NCBI GenBank assembly: GCA_963697335.1
Contig: CAVONQ010000014.1
Coordinates: forward strand, 125,865-189,864
DNA from: an uncultured cyanobacterium
Lineage (GTDB): Bacteria > Cyanobacteriota > Cyanobacteriia > PCC-6307 > Cyanobiaceae
Direction of reading: 5' to 3'
Length of the DNA: 64,000 nt
This document shows positions 1 to 9,523 of the stretch, in pieces (within the stretch, counting starts at the first letter, position 1; each line of letters starts with the position of its first letter). A program made the translations under genes and the position numbers. Below the pieces are notes generated by a model that made no database searches, had not been told where the DNA came from, and saw only the letters and a list, made by a program, of their open reading frames with translations.

Positions 1-1258
1 CCCAGATGAGCTCAGTAGCCAAGAAAGCGAGGCGTTTATTTTTAGCCACAATGATATAGCCCATCGGCCAGGTGATCACACGCATGGCCATGCCCAGACA
101 GATCCAGCGCAAGAGCAAAACAGCTGCTTCGAACTTCGCGCTGTAGAACAGAAATACAACTACAGGTGCAAACGTGATTGTCGCGATGATGCCGGGGGCA
201 GCTAGCAACAGACTGGCCTGGGTCTGCTCATTCACCGTGATATTGCAGACGTGATGGTCATTGATGACCCCTACGAGCCGCGGGTAAAAGTCCATCCCTA
301 GGGCCTGAAGCACAAAGCCCACATAGAGCCCGCCCAACGTCCAGGAGGCCTGATACATCCCTGCAGCATCAAGCCCCAGCGTTCGCAGCACTAATGTGCG
401 TACCGCATAGGCCGCGCCGGCCATCAGCAGGCCGCTGCCCAGGAACGCCAGCCCCAGCTTGAAAAGTAGGGTGGACTCATGGACAATCTCTGCCGGCCTG
501 GGAGAGACGGGAATGATCCGCACTTGTTGGCCATACCACCAGGAAAGAGTGGCCGCAGCGATCGCAGCAGCCACCAAGGAGGGCACGATGCCCCGCTCGG
601 CCATGCTGTAGACGATTGCCACGGTGGCCAGCCCCCCCAACAGCGCGCCATAGATGGCGACCTGCGCCATGGCTTTCATCCGGCGCATGCCCTGGAGCAG
701 GGCCCCCTGCCCCCCTTCAACCACCCACAGGAAGAGGGCAAACGAGAGCAGCGCAATCGACGAGGCCTGCTCCTCGTTGCCGAAGGTCAGCCTCGACACG
801 GCGCCGGAATTCATCCAGAGAGCGATGGCGCCGAGAGCGGCGCACAGCAGAGTCGTCCGCCGCAGCACTGTGGCGGTGAGAGCCAGGCGTTGCTGATCGC
901 CTGAACTGGCGGCTTCAGCAATTTGTCGGACGCCACTGCCGGTGAGGCCGAGCTGGGCGATGTTGCGGGACAGCTCCAGGATCATCGTGAACGCGCCCAT
1001 CAGGCCGATGCCTGCCGGACCGAGCAGCACGGCAAGGGCCTTATTCCGCAAGGCACCAACAACGACATTGATTAGGGACGCCCCCCCGATCAACGCCGAC
1101 GACTTCAGAATGGTGCCGAAGGTGCCGCTGGTTTTGGCGACCTCCGCGTTCGCCACTGCATCGCGGGCATCCGCACCAGTCCGTGACTGGACTGGAGGGG
1201 CCGCGGTGCCATCTGGCCCTGTCAACCGGAGCTCCTGATTCGGGGAGATGGTGCTCAA
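1..1258 (-). CDS. wzx: O-antigen/polysaccharide flippase (Wzx/WzxE-like), runs off the left edge
   Basis: Not in the ORF track because there is no stop in the window. Manual translation gives TILKSSALIGGASLINVVVGALRNKALAVLLGPAGIGLMG...LGLDAAGMYQASW...DFYPRL with many TM helices. Probable TTG start at 1258, just after the upstream stop. Confidence 0.85.
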   Translation of the reverse strand, partial: MSTISPNQELRLTGPDGTAAPPVQSRTGADARDAVANAEVAKTSGTFGTILKSSALIGGASLINVVVGALRNKALAVLLGPAGIGLMGAFTMILELSRNIAQLGLTGSGVRQIAEAASSGDQQRLALTATVLRRTTLLCAALGAIALWMNSGAVSRLTFGNEEQASSIALLSFALFLWVVEGGQGALLQGMRRMKAMAQVAIYGALLGGLATVAIVYSMAERGIVPSLVAAAIAAATLSWWYGQQVRIIPVSPRPAEIVHESTLLFKLGLAFLGSGLLMAGAAYAVRTLVLRTLGLDAAGMYQASWTLGGLYVGFVLQALGMDFYPRLVGVINDHHVCNITVNEQTQASLLLAAPGIIATITFAPVVVFLFYSAKFEAAVLLLRWICLGMAMRVITWPMGYIIVAKNKRLAFLATELIW

Positions 1259-1260
1259 GA

Positions 1261-2691
1261 TCAGAAGGCCGTATGGGAAAAGATGCTGATCGGCGTTCTC
1301 AGAAGAATTTCCAGATCCAGCATCAAGGACCACTCTCTTTGGTAACGCAGATCATCTTCAACCCGCGTCTGCATGGCCTTCAGGTCTGCCGTTTCGCCAC
1401 GCCAGCCATCAACCTGAGCCAGACCTGTAATTCCAGGCTTACAGAGATGGCGCTCCATGTAGCCAGAAATCCGCTTACGGTAAAACTCATTGTGTTCGAC
1501 GGCATGGGGCCGAGGACCCACCAGGCTCATCGAGCCACTGAGCACATTGAAGAGCTGAGGAAGCTCATCCAGAGACCAACGGCGCAGGAAACGTCCCAAC
1601 GGAGTCACCCGTGGATCGTTGCGCATGGCCTGTCTCAGGTGGGGCTGATCACCTCGCTCCATCACCGTCATGGTGCGAAATTTAAGGATTTTGAAGGGCC
1701 GACCATCAATCCCATACCGATCCTGCAAAAAGAGTACAGGGCCAGGGCTGGTGAGCTTGATCAGGGCTGCGATGGTCAGCAGCAAGGGGGATAGCAGTGC
1801 CAGCAGACTGAACGAGATCAGAATGTCACTCAAGCGCTTGATCTGAAGGTCCATGAACACGGACTCCTTCCCCCAAAGACCAATGCAGAAGGCTGAACCG
1901 AGCTGCTCCACCTGAAAGCACATTGAGGGATGGGCCCATTCTGGGATATAATGGACGGGGCTACAGGTGTCTCCAAAGCACTTCAACAGTTCTTCTATCG
2001 GTACCGCATCGCCGGAAACATGACTGAAGAAGATCTTATCAATCCTGTTGGTGTTTAACCACTGCTGCATCTCGTTCAGACCGCCCGCACAGGGGGGCAT
2101 TCCATCGGGGAGGTCAGGGGCCTGCCCTGAGGGATGGGGGCAGAACCACACCAGCAGCCTGAGACCCAGATAGGGATTCGCTTCCAATTCCTGGAACACC
2201 CGCATGGCCCCATCCCGGTTGCCCCAGAAGAGGACAAAGCGACTGTTTCCCCCACGACTGCGATAGAGCCGCAGCAGCTTTCGCCCACCAACATGGGTGA
2301 CCACTAGGACGAGCCACACCGCAAGGGCCCAGAGCCCCAGATCAACCCGGGAAAGCTGGGTGCTGAGCTTGGTGGCAAAGGCTTCCAAGGAGAGTGCACT
2401 CAGCACCAGCAACCAACCCAGGGTCAGCTGGATGAGGAGCGTGGACAAGCTGCGCTGGCGAAAGGTCTCATAGACCCCGCAGAAAGGCAACACAACAGCG
2501 GAAAATATTCCAATCGTAATCACAAAGATCCAGAGCCATTCCACCGACAACGGAGATCGCTCCCAGTTAGGAATCAGCAAAAATAGCCAAGCGGGAATAA
2601 AAATGTCATGGACCCGAAGCAAGCGGGACAAGACACCACCATAGAGTTGAAAGTAATGCGGGCGCATCGCTCTATATAGGAAGAGAGGCAA
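1261..2691 (-). CDS. Undecaprenyl-phosphate sugar phosphotransferase (WcaJ/GumD/WbaP family)
   Basis: N-terminal TM helices; C-terminal bacterial sugar transferase motifs KFRTM, DPRVTPLGRFLRRWSLDELPQLFNVLSGSMSLVGPRP, KPGITGLAQV. Confidence 0.93.
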   Translation of the reverse strand: MPLFLYRAMRPHYFQLYGGVLSRLLRVHDIFIPAWLFLLIPNWERSPLSVEWLWIFVITIGIFSAVVLPFCGVYETFRQRSLSTLLIQLTLGWLLVLSALSLEAFATKLSTQLSRVDLGLWALAVWLVLVVTHVGGRKLLRLYRSRGGNSRFVLFWGNRDGAMRVFQELEANPYLGLRLLVWFCPHPSGQAPDLPDGMPPCAGGLNEMQQWLNTNRIDKIFFSHVSGDAVPIEELLKCFGDTCSPVHYIPEWAHPSMCFQVEQLGSAFCIGLWGKESVFMDLQIKRLSDILISFSLLALLSPLLLTIAALIKLTSPGPVLFLQDRYGIDGRPFKILKFRTMTVMERGDQPHLRQAMRNDPRVTPLGRFLRRWSLDELPQLFNVLSGSMSLVGPRPHAVEHNEFYRKRISGYMERHLCKPGITGLAQVDGWRGETADLKAMQTRVEDDLRYQREWSLMLDLEILLRTPISIFSHTAF

Positions 2692-3122
2692 GGGCTGAGG
2701 CGCTGTTGCCTCGGAGCCATCAGCAGATGAATCAACAAAAAGGCATTGGAGCGCCAGAATAAAATCACTGACGAAGAGTTATCTCCCCAGTCGCTACTGA
2801 TTCGGCTTGTCTTGAGCCCAGTGGATTAGACCTTGATCAGTTCATCCATGCTTTAGCTTATAAACCCATCACAACCTATGGGGCCCATCAGCTAGCAGAC
2901 GCTGGTCCGACGCAGGCGCTGCACACCCACAACAATTCGGCGCCATGCCAAAAGAGATGTTAAGCGTTGTTTACTCGACTCACTATCGACTTGGTGGCCT
3001 GTCTTTGGCAGGGATGCTGCACATTTACGCAGAATCAGCGCGTTGCAGCAAGGCAGAGGTGTTCAAGCGCCCCGGCTTTGGCCCAGGCGAGGCCCCCAGT
3101 CACTTTGGTGAGCCTTCGATCC

Positions 3123-5195
3123 TCAGGCCGTCGGACGGTTGACCACAACCCCAAGCAGCTCAGCACCGAGGCTTCTGAAACGCTCGACCGCCTGGGCAGG
3201 CAGATCACGCTCCACCTGCTCCAGCCCCACCACCAGAATCACCCCATCGAGTTCCCTGCTCAACAGCAGGGCATCCGCCACCGCCAGACTGGCGGGGGAG
3301 TCGAACAGCACCGTGTCGTAGCCAGGCAGGTTGCGGATCAGCGCGACCATGTGTCCACACAGCTCCCCGCTCCAGCTCCTGCAGACCGCCTCAGGGGCGG
3401 AGCCGGCGCTTAGCAGGTGCAGATTGGCGCCAAGGGACTGGATCACAGCGTCAAGTGCCCTGGAGTCATCCGCCAGCAGGTCTGACAAGCCGACGCCGTT
3501 GGTGGCTCCCGCCATCCGGTGGAGACTGGGATGGCGAAGGTCAGCATCCACCACCAGCACCCGCTGACCCAGATCCGCCAGCGTCTGAGCGAGCCGGGTG
3601 GTGATCAGGCTCTTCCCTTCCCCGGCAGCGGCGGATGCGATCAGGACCAGCCGCCGTTGGCGGCCAGCTGGCAGCAGCTCCAGCCTGCTGGCCAGATTGC
3701 GCATGCTCTCCTGAGCCAGGGGCACCGCATCCGTGTCCTCCTGGAAGTGGGGCAGATCTCCCAGCAGGGGCAGGGCAAGCTCCTGCTCCACCTCGCCTGA
3801 ATGATGGTAGCGGCGATCCAGACGATCCCGCAGCATGGCCGCGCCGCCGCCAGCCACCGCCCCAAGCACCAGCGTGAGAGCAAGGTTGCGGCCCATGTTG
3901 GGCTTGACAGGGCTGGGCTCGAAGCGGGGGGGCGAGATGAGTTGCCAGGGCACCGTGCGCTGGGCCTCCTCCAGCCTGAAATCCTCGCGGGTGCTGATGT
4001 AAGAGGTGAGGTTCTGCCGTGCCACATCGAGGCGTTGCTGAATCGCGTCGTACTGCTTGACGAGGCCCGGGTTCGAGGCGAAGCGACGGCTCAGGGCCTG
4101 GGCTTGTCGCTCCAGCTCCCTCTGCTCACTCCTCGATTCGGCCAGGGAGGCCTCAATGGCATCGCGATCCTTCCGCTGCAGCAGCGACCGGACACGGTTC
4201 AAACGGTCCCGCAGACTCCTCACCTGGGGGGCATCTGGCAGGAAACTCGCCTCAGCTTCGGCCAGTTGCTTCTCCAGATCGCTCACCTGGCCGGCCAAAT
4301 CCTCTTCACCGCTTCCCTGGGAGCGGGGCACAGACAACCGTCCCGAGCGCACCGTGGCCAGGTTCCCGAGCAGCTGGGCCTCCCGCTGCTTCAACGCGCT
4401 CAACTGGGCCTCGAGCTTCTGGCGTTGCTCCTGAATCGCCTCCCCCTGCTTGAGCGGTTCGAGGAAGTCGTTGCGCCTGCGGAACAGGGAGAGTTGCCCC
4501 TGCAGCTCCACCACCTGACTCACCAGGGAAGGAGCCTGATCATCGAGAAAGGACAGGCCTTCGGCAAGCTTGTCCTGCCTCTGGAGCAGGGAGAAGTCCA
4601 GATAGTCTTTGCTGATCGCCTCAAGAATCTTTGCCCCTTGCCGCGGATCATTCCATTCGAGGGTCACATCGAGAACACCTTCGGCATTGAGGGCAGCCGT
4701 TTGAATGCTGAGGCCCTCTTCCAATTGATCCAAGCTCACCTCCAACCGCGTGGCAATCGGCTGGAGCAGCAACGGACTGCGCAGCACCTGGATGAGGTTG
4801 GGGATGTTGGCCGTACTCGAGGGATCCAGGGCCAGACCCCTCAGGTTTCCCTGGTCGTTTCCACCACTATTTTCGTAATTGAGGGGATCACTGACGAGCA
4901 GGAGGAAGCTTCCGGAATACACAGGGGCGAGCAGGCGCTTGCCCAGGCTGAACAGCGCGCCCAGGGCAATGACAACGCTGAACACCGTCATCGCCAGGCG
5001 CCGGCGCCGTTTCAGGACATCCACAACAGCGGCGAGGCGCAAGGGCTCCTGGCCCGCTGGGCCGCTCGAGAAGCCGCCACCAGCGTCAGAGACCTCCTGG
5101 GGGATCAACACGACCTGGGCCTGGGCGAAATCCGCTGCGGCCATCCCCGACTGGACAGGGGCCGCTTCTGAAGGAAAGCGCGAGCCGGCGGCCAT
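3123..5195 (-). CDS. wzc: Polysaccharide co-polymerase / BY-kinase (Wzc/GumC family), no C-terminal Tyr cluster
   Basis: Two TM helices flanking a coiled coil; Walker A AAAGEGKS, A' VVDADLRHP, B VLFDSP. Confidence 0.88.
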   Translation of the reverse strand: MAAGSRFPSEAAPVQSGMAAADFAQAQVVLIPQEVSDAGGGFSSGPAGQEPLRLAAVVDVLKRRRRLAMTVFSVVIALGALFSLGKRLLAPVYSGSFLLLVSDPLNYENSGGNDQGNLRGLALDPSSTANIPNLIQVLRSPLLLQPIATRLEVSLDQLEEGLSIQTAALNAEGVLDVTLEWNDPRQGAKILEAISKDYLDFSLLQRQDKLAEGLSFLDDQAPSLVSQVVELQGQLSLFRRRNDFLEPLKQGEAIQEQRQKLEAQLSALKQREAQLLGNLATVRSGRLSVPRSQGSGEEDLAGQVSDLEKQLAEAEASFLPDAPQVRSLRDRLNRVRSLLQRKDRDAIEASLAESRSEQRELERQAQALSRRFASNPGLVKQYDAIQQRLDVARQNLTSYISTREDFRLEEAQRTVPWQLISPPRFEPSPVKPNMGRNLALTLVLGAVAGGGAAMLRDRLDRRYHHSGEVEQELALPLLGDLPHFQEDTDAVPLAQESMRNLASRLELLPAGRQRRLVLIASAAAGEGKSLITTRLAQTLADLGQRVLVVDADLRHPSLHRMAGATNGVGLSDLLADDSRALDAVIQSLGANLHLLSAGSAPEAVCRSWSGELCGHMVALIRNLPGYDTVLFDSPASLAVADALLLSRELDGVILVVGLEQVERDLPAQAVERFRSLGAELLGVVVNRPTA

Positions 5196-5294
5196 GGCGG
5201 AGGGCTTCCATTTTGAGCGAACCTTAGTCCAATTCCAAAGGCCTGATTAGAGAGACGCAGGCACCGGCGCTCCTGAAACTAAAAACTTGCGCGT

Positions 5295-6548
5295 TTGCAC
5301 AAAAGTTGCCAGTGTGACAATCGCGCCATCATTTATGGCTCAGTGTCTAGGGTTGAGTGGGCCAGATTCCTGGGCTGCATGGATTCCCCAATGGTGCCTG
5401 TGAATGGACTGTGGCGTGGTGGACGGAGCAGGCCCCAGTGCAGAGCCTCCAGGACGCTGGTTGCTTTGATCGCCCTCGGCGGCATCCTGGCCACGAGCAG
5501 CCTGCCGCCAACCCCCGCAGCCGCGTCGCAGGCCGGCCCCCAGGCGATGGGCGGATCCACCAGAAGTCCCGGCAGCGATGCCTACATCCTCGGGCCCGGG
5601 GACCAACTGCAAGTCGAGATGCTCGACCCCGTGGTGAAGGACCTGGGCGGCACCTTCGAAATCCTGAACGACGGGAGCGCCAGCCTGGCCATGCTCGGCT
5701 CGGTGGTGCTCGAAGGCCTCACGCTCAACCAGGCGACCCAGTGGCTCACCCGCGTCTATGGCCGCTACCTGCGTCGCCCCGAGCTCAACTTGCGCATCGT
5801 CCGCCCTCGCCCGGTCCAGGTGTCCCTGGTGGGCGAAGTGCAGTCCCCGGGCCTCTACGCGCTCACGGACAGCGAACCGTCACAGGCCGAGCCGGCCTCG
5901 TCCACATCCACCACAAGCGTCACCGGGTTGCCCACCGTAGTGACGGCGATCCGCAAAGCCGGCGGACTCACCGCCAACGCCAACCTCAGCGACGTGGTTC
6001 TGCGCCGGCGCCTGCCTGGCTCCAGCGAGCAGCTGAAGGAACGGCGCCTGGACCTGTTGGCCCTGCTGCGGCAGGGGGACAAGCAGCAAAATCCCTTCCT
6101 CTTTGATGGCGACACCCTGGTAATCGGCAAGGCGGACGTCGTGGAACCCGACGCCATGGAACTGGCCGCCACCAACCTCGCCCCCCCGGAGATTCAGGTG
6201 AATGTGGTGGGAGAAGTGGTGGCTCCAGGCCGGATTCCGCTCCCCGCCAACACCCCATTAGTTCAGGCCGTGCTGGCGGCCGGCGGCCCCGTCACCTTCC
6301 GGGGACGGCGGAGTGATGTGGAGCTAGTGCGGATCAACCGCAACGGCACCGCCACCCGTGAGTTCTTCCAACTGGACTATTCGCAAGGCATGAGCGGACC
6401 TCTCAATCCGCCCCTGCGCAATGGCGATTCGGTAATTGTCAACCGCAGCGCCTACGCCAAGGTCTCCGATGCCATCGGCGCAGTGGCCAACCCGATATCG
6501 GGGCTGGTCAACATTTTATTGCTTGCTGACATTATCAACGGCTTGTGA
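5295..6548 (+). CDS. wza: Polysaccharide export protein, OPX/Wza family with SLBB domains (true start probably ATG 5379 or later)
   Basis: Poly_export motif YILGPGDQL...ILNDG; SLBB repeats VSLVGEVQSPG and VNVVGEVVAPG. Confidence 0.9.
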   Translation: MHKSCQCDNRAIIYGSVSRVEWARFLGCMDSPMVPVNGLWRGGRSRPQCRASRTLVALIALGGILATSSLPPTPAAASQAGPQAMGGSTRSPGSDAYILGPGDQLQVEMLDPVVKDLGGTFEILNDGSASLAMLGSVVLEGLTLNQATQWLTRVYGRYLRRPELNLRIVRPRPVQVSLVGEVQSPGLYALTDSEPSQAEPASSTSTTSVTGLPTVVTAIRKAGGLTANANLSDVVLRRRLPGSSEQLKERRLDLLALLRQGDKQQNPFLFDGDTLVIGKADVVEPDAMELAATNLAPPEIQVNVVGEVVAPGRIPLPANTPLVQAVLAAGGPVTFRGRRSDVELVRINRNGTATREFFQLDYSQGMSGPLNPPLRNGDSVIVNRSAYAKVSDAIGAVANPISGLVNILLLADIINGL

Positions 6549-7426
6549 TGACCAAACCCAGCAACACCAAACCCAGCGTCCTCCAAGTCACCGTCGCGAA
6601 ATCCGGCGGCTCCGTTCCCCTGCGCCGGTTCGTCGATCTGCTCGGCCTGCTGGCCCACGCCGCCACCTTTCTCTGGATTCCACTGCTGGCCTGGGGCATC
6701 GTGGAGCGCTGGAACAGCGAGCCAGCCCCGACACTCACGCAGCATGTTTCCCCCAGCCCGAGGAGCCCGATCCCCTTGCCGGCGGAGGTGGGGTTGCCCC
6801 TGCTTACTCCCTCGGCCCCGCAGAATCCCGCCCTGGGGGACCTGGGGCTTCGGGCACACAAGCTAGCGGCTCAGGCCATCCCGGCCTCCCTCGCCGTTGC
6901 CCTGGCCACGCCGCAACCCCACTCAAGTCATCACAATGCCCCACTCACCCCGACGCTGAGCCTGCCCCTGCGCGGTGTCTCGGCCCTGGGCGGGGACATC
7001 ACCCTCGACGACCTCAAGGCCAAACCTGTGCCGATCGCCGTGCGCGCCGAGCGCCTCATGTGGAGCCGCTCGCAGGATCCGTTGACACCGCTGCCCCGCC
7101 AATGGCGTGACGAGATGCGCACGGCCCTGCCAGCCGAGGCCAGGCAGGTGGAGGCCCAGGTGGTGCGGGTGCCGGCGCCCCACCTCAAGCAACCGGAGGA
7201 GGTGCCGATGGCGATCGACTCCCGTGGGGATGGCTGGACCCTTGTGACTCCCGCCTCGCCCGCGTCAAGGCAACTGGTGGAGCAGTGGGCCAGCCGCCAG
7301 ACGCCCCCTCCAGAGGGCTCAGGCCGGGCTGTGGTGGTGACCCTGGAGCCCATCGACACACTGCCGCCAGAGTCAGAGTCAGGAACGATCACCAGCAGCC
7401 TGCCGCCAGAGCCCCCCTCCCGCTGA
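6545..7426 (+). CDS. Hypothetical Pro-rich membrane-anchored protein
   Basis: 293 aa ORF overlapping the wza stop; one N-terminal hydrophobic segment. Confidence 0.6.
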   Translation: MMTKPSNTKPSVLQVTVAKSGGSVPLRRFVDLLGLLAHAATFLWIPLLAWGIVERWNSEPAPTLTQHVSPSPRSPIPLPAEVGLPLLTPSAPQNPALGDLGLRAHKLAAQAIPASLAVALATPQPHSSHHNAPLTPTLSLPLRGVSALGGDITLDDLKAKPVPIAVRAERLMWSRSQDPLTPLPRQWRDEMRTALPAEARQVEAQVVRVPAPHLKQPEEVPMAIDSRGDGWTLVTPASPASRQLVEQWASRQTPPPEGSGRAVVVTLEPIDTLPPESESGTITSSLPPEPPSR

Positions 7427-7433
7427 TCGAGGG

Positions 7434-8051
7434 TCAGCTGTGCATCCGCGGCTCGGGGTGCAGCTCCGCCAGCAGCGAGGCCTCCAGGCTGGCCAGTTCC
7501 TCCAGCCGCGCCACCAACTGCTGGCGTGGCCAGCGCTGCTCCGCCAGCACCCAGTAGAGGCCGAAGTGGCGGGCCTCACTGGCGAGCAGCGTGGCGTAGA
7601 GGGCCCGCAGCTCAGGTTCCGGGCTGTGGGCGGCCAACAGGGCCATGCGCTCGTGGCTGCGGGCCTCGATCAGGCCGGCCACCAGGAGGGAATCCAGCAG
7701 CCGCTGCGGCTCCTGGCGCCGCACCGCCTTGGCCAGCCCGGCGCCATAGGGCGGCGGCGCCAGGGGCCGCAGGGCCCCACCGCGCCGCTGCAGCAGGGCC
7801 ACCACCTGCTCGAAGTGCTCCAGCTCCTCCCGGGCCAGGGGGCTGAGCGCCTGGGCCAGGGCTGCGTCGCTGGGGTAGCGGAACATCAGCTGCAGGGCCA
7901 CCCCGGCCGCCTTGCGCTCGCAGTGGGCATGGTCGATCAGCACCAGATCGGAATGGGCGATCGCCTGGGCCAGCCAGGCCTGGTGGGTGGGGGCCGCCAG
8001 CCAGCGAATGCGGGCGGCAGTCGGGGCGTTCGGGGTTGAGATCTGAGTCAC
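7434..8051 (-). CDS. miaE: tRNA-(ms2io6A)-hydroxylase
   Basis: Di-iron motifs [31 protein letters not shown]. Confidence 0.93.
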   Translation of the reverse strand: MTQISTPNAPTAARIRWLAAPTHQAWLAQAIAHSDLVLIDHAHCERKAAGVALQLMFRYPSDAALAQALSPLAREELEHFEQVVALLQRRGGALRPLAPPPYGAGLAKAVRRQEPQRLLDSLLVAGLIEARSHERMALLAAHSPEPELRALYATLLASEARHFGLYWVLAEQRWPRQQLVARLEELASLEASLLAELHPEPRMHS

Positions 8052-8488
8052 TGACCGGCCCGCAGCTGGGCCACCAGGCCCTCAAGCCCCAGCAGGTAAC
8101 TGCCGGCCCCGAAGCCGCAGATCACCCCCACGGCCCTGTCGGCCAGATGGGAGTGGTGGCGGAAGGGCTCGCGGGCGTGGATGTTGCTGAGGTGCACCTC
8201 CACGTAGGGGATGGCCACCGCCAGCAGGGCATCCCGCAGGGCGATGGAGGTGTGGGTGAAGGCGGCGGCATTGATCACGATGCCGTCCACGGCACCGCGG
8301 GCCTGCTGAACCCTGTCCACCAGGGCGCCCTCGTGGTTGCTCTGGACGCAGTCGATGCTCACGCCCAGGGCCGTGGCGCGCCCGTGCAGATCGGCATTGA
8401 TCTGCTCCAGGCTGGCGCTGCCGTAGAGCCCGGGCTCCCGGCTGCCGAGCAAGTTCAGGTTGGGTCCGTGGAGGACGAGGAGATGCAT
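8048..8488 (-). CDS. aroQ: Type II 3-dehydroquinate dehydratase
   Basis: [45 protein letters not shown]. Confidence 0.97.
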   Translation of the reverse strand: MHLLVLHGPNLNLLGSREPGLYGSASLEQINADLHGRATALGVSIDCVQSNHEGALVDRVQQARGAVDGIVINAAAFTHTSIALRDALLAVAIPYVEVHLSNIHAREPFRHHSHLADRAVGVICGFGAGSYLLGLEGLVAQLRAGQ

Positions 8489-8542
8489 GGAGGACGGGCT
8501 GCTGCCGGCTGAGTCGGCTGGTAAGTTCTTGCGGTGTGGTTC

Positions 8543-8624
8543 GGGTCGGTGCCCGAGTGGTTAATGGGGGCGGACTGTAAATCCGCTGGCTCTGCCTACG
8601 TTGGTTCAAATCCAACCCGGCCCA
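8543..8624 (+). tRNA. tRNA-Tyr(GTA)
   Basis: GGGTCGG/CCGGCCC acceptor stem, anticodon loop CTGTAAA, long variable arm, TTCAAATC T-loop. Confidence 0.96.
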
Positions 8625-8634
8625 TCCTCCACAT

Positions 8635-8706
<72 letters not shown>

Positions 8707-8716
8707 CTTCTTCCCG

Positions 8717-9493
8717 GTGGCACCCCGGGGAAACCACGCTGCCCTGGCTGGAGGCGGCACACTGCGGCCTCTCGCTTGCCAAGCCATGGCCCAGCCCTGC
8801 GGACCCGGCCTCGAGGCCTCAGCGCCCACGCCACCAGCTGAGCCAGTGCTGGTGCTGAGCGAGGCGGAGCGCTTCAAGCTCGACGGCAGCGACGACAGCC
8901 TTTTCTATGCCGAGCCGCGCCTGGTGCATCATCTGGATGCCGGCTTCCGGCAGCGGCTCAGCGCCCTCTACCGCGAGCGGATCCCCCCCTGCGCCACGGT
9001 GCTGGACCTGATGAGCAGCTGGGTGAGCCACCTGCCCGAGGACGTTCAGTACGACACGGTGATCGGCCACGGGCTCAACGCCAGGGAGCTGGAGGCCAAC
9101 CCCCGGCTCGACCGCCACTGGGTGCAGAACCTCAACACCAGCCAGCGCCTGCCCCTGGACGACGCCAGCGTCGACGCGGCCCTGATCGTGGCCGGCTGGC
9201 AATACCTGCAACAGCCGGAGGCCGTGGCGGCGGAGCTGCTGCGGGTGGTGCGCCCCCATGGGCAGCTGATCGTGGCCTTCTCGAACCGCATGTTCTTTCA
9301 GAAGGCGCCCCAGATCTGGACCGACGGCGGCGACCGCGACCACCTCACCTATGTGGCCAGGGTGCTGCTGGCCCAGGGCTGGGGCCAACCGGAGCTGGTG
9401 GCCGAGGCCACCCGGGCCCCGGGCCCGCTCGGCTGGGTGGGCGGCCATGGCGATCCGTTCTTCGCCGTGATCAGCGCCCGCCCCGGCAGCTGA
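8717..9493 (+). CDS. Class I SAM-dependent methyltransferase (conserved cyanobacterial type; start may be ATG 8786)
   Basis: DDSLFYAEPRLVHHLD, VLDLMSSWVSHLP, FSNRMF, DPFFAV. Confidence 0.85.
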   Translation: MAPRGNHAALAGGGTLRPLACQAMAQPCGPGLEASAPTPPAEPVLVLSEAERFKLDGSDDSLFYAEPRLVHHLDAGFRQRLSALYRERIPPCATVLDLMSSWVSHLPEDVQYDTVIGHGLNARELEANPRLDRHWVQNLNTSQRLPLDDASVDAALIVAGWQYLQQPEAVAAELLRVVRPHGQLIVAFSNRMFFQKAPQIWTDGGDRDHLTYVARVLLAQGWGQPELVAEATRAPGPLGWVGGHGDPFFAVISARPGS

Positions 9494-9523
9494 GCGAGGG
9501 CCCACGGCCCGCCCTCGGCATCC

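Noticed and set aside
558..565. Recurrent GCGATCGC palindromes
   Set aside because: Known cyanobacterial HIP1; no array structure.
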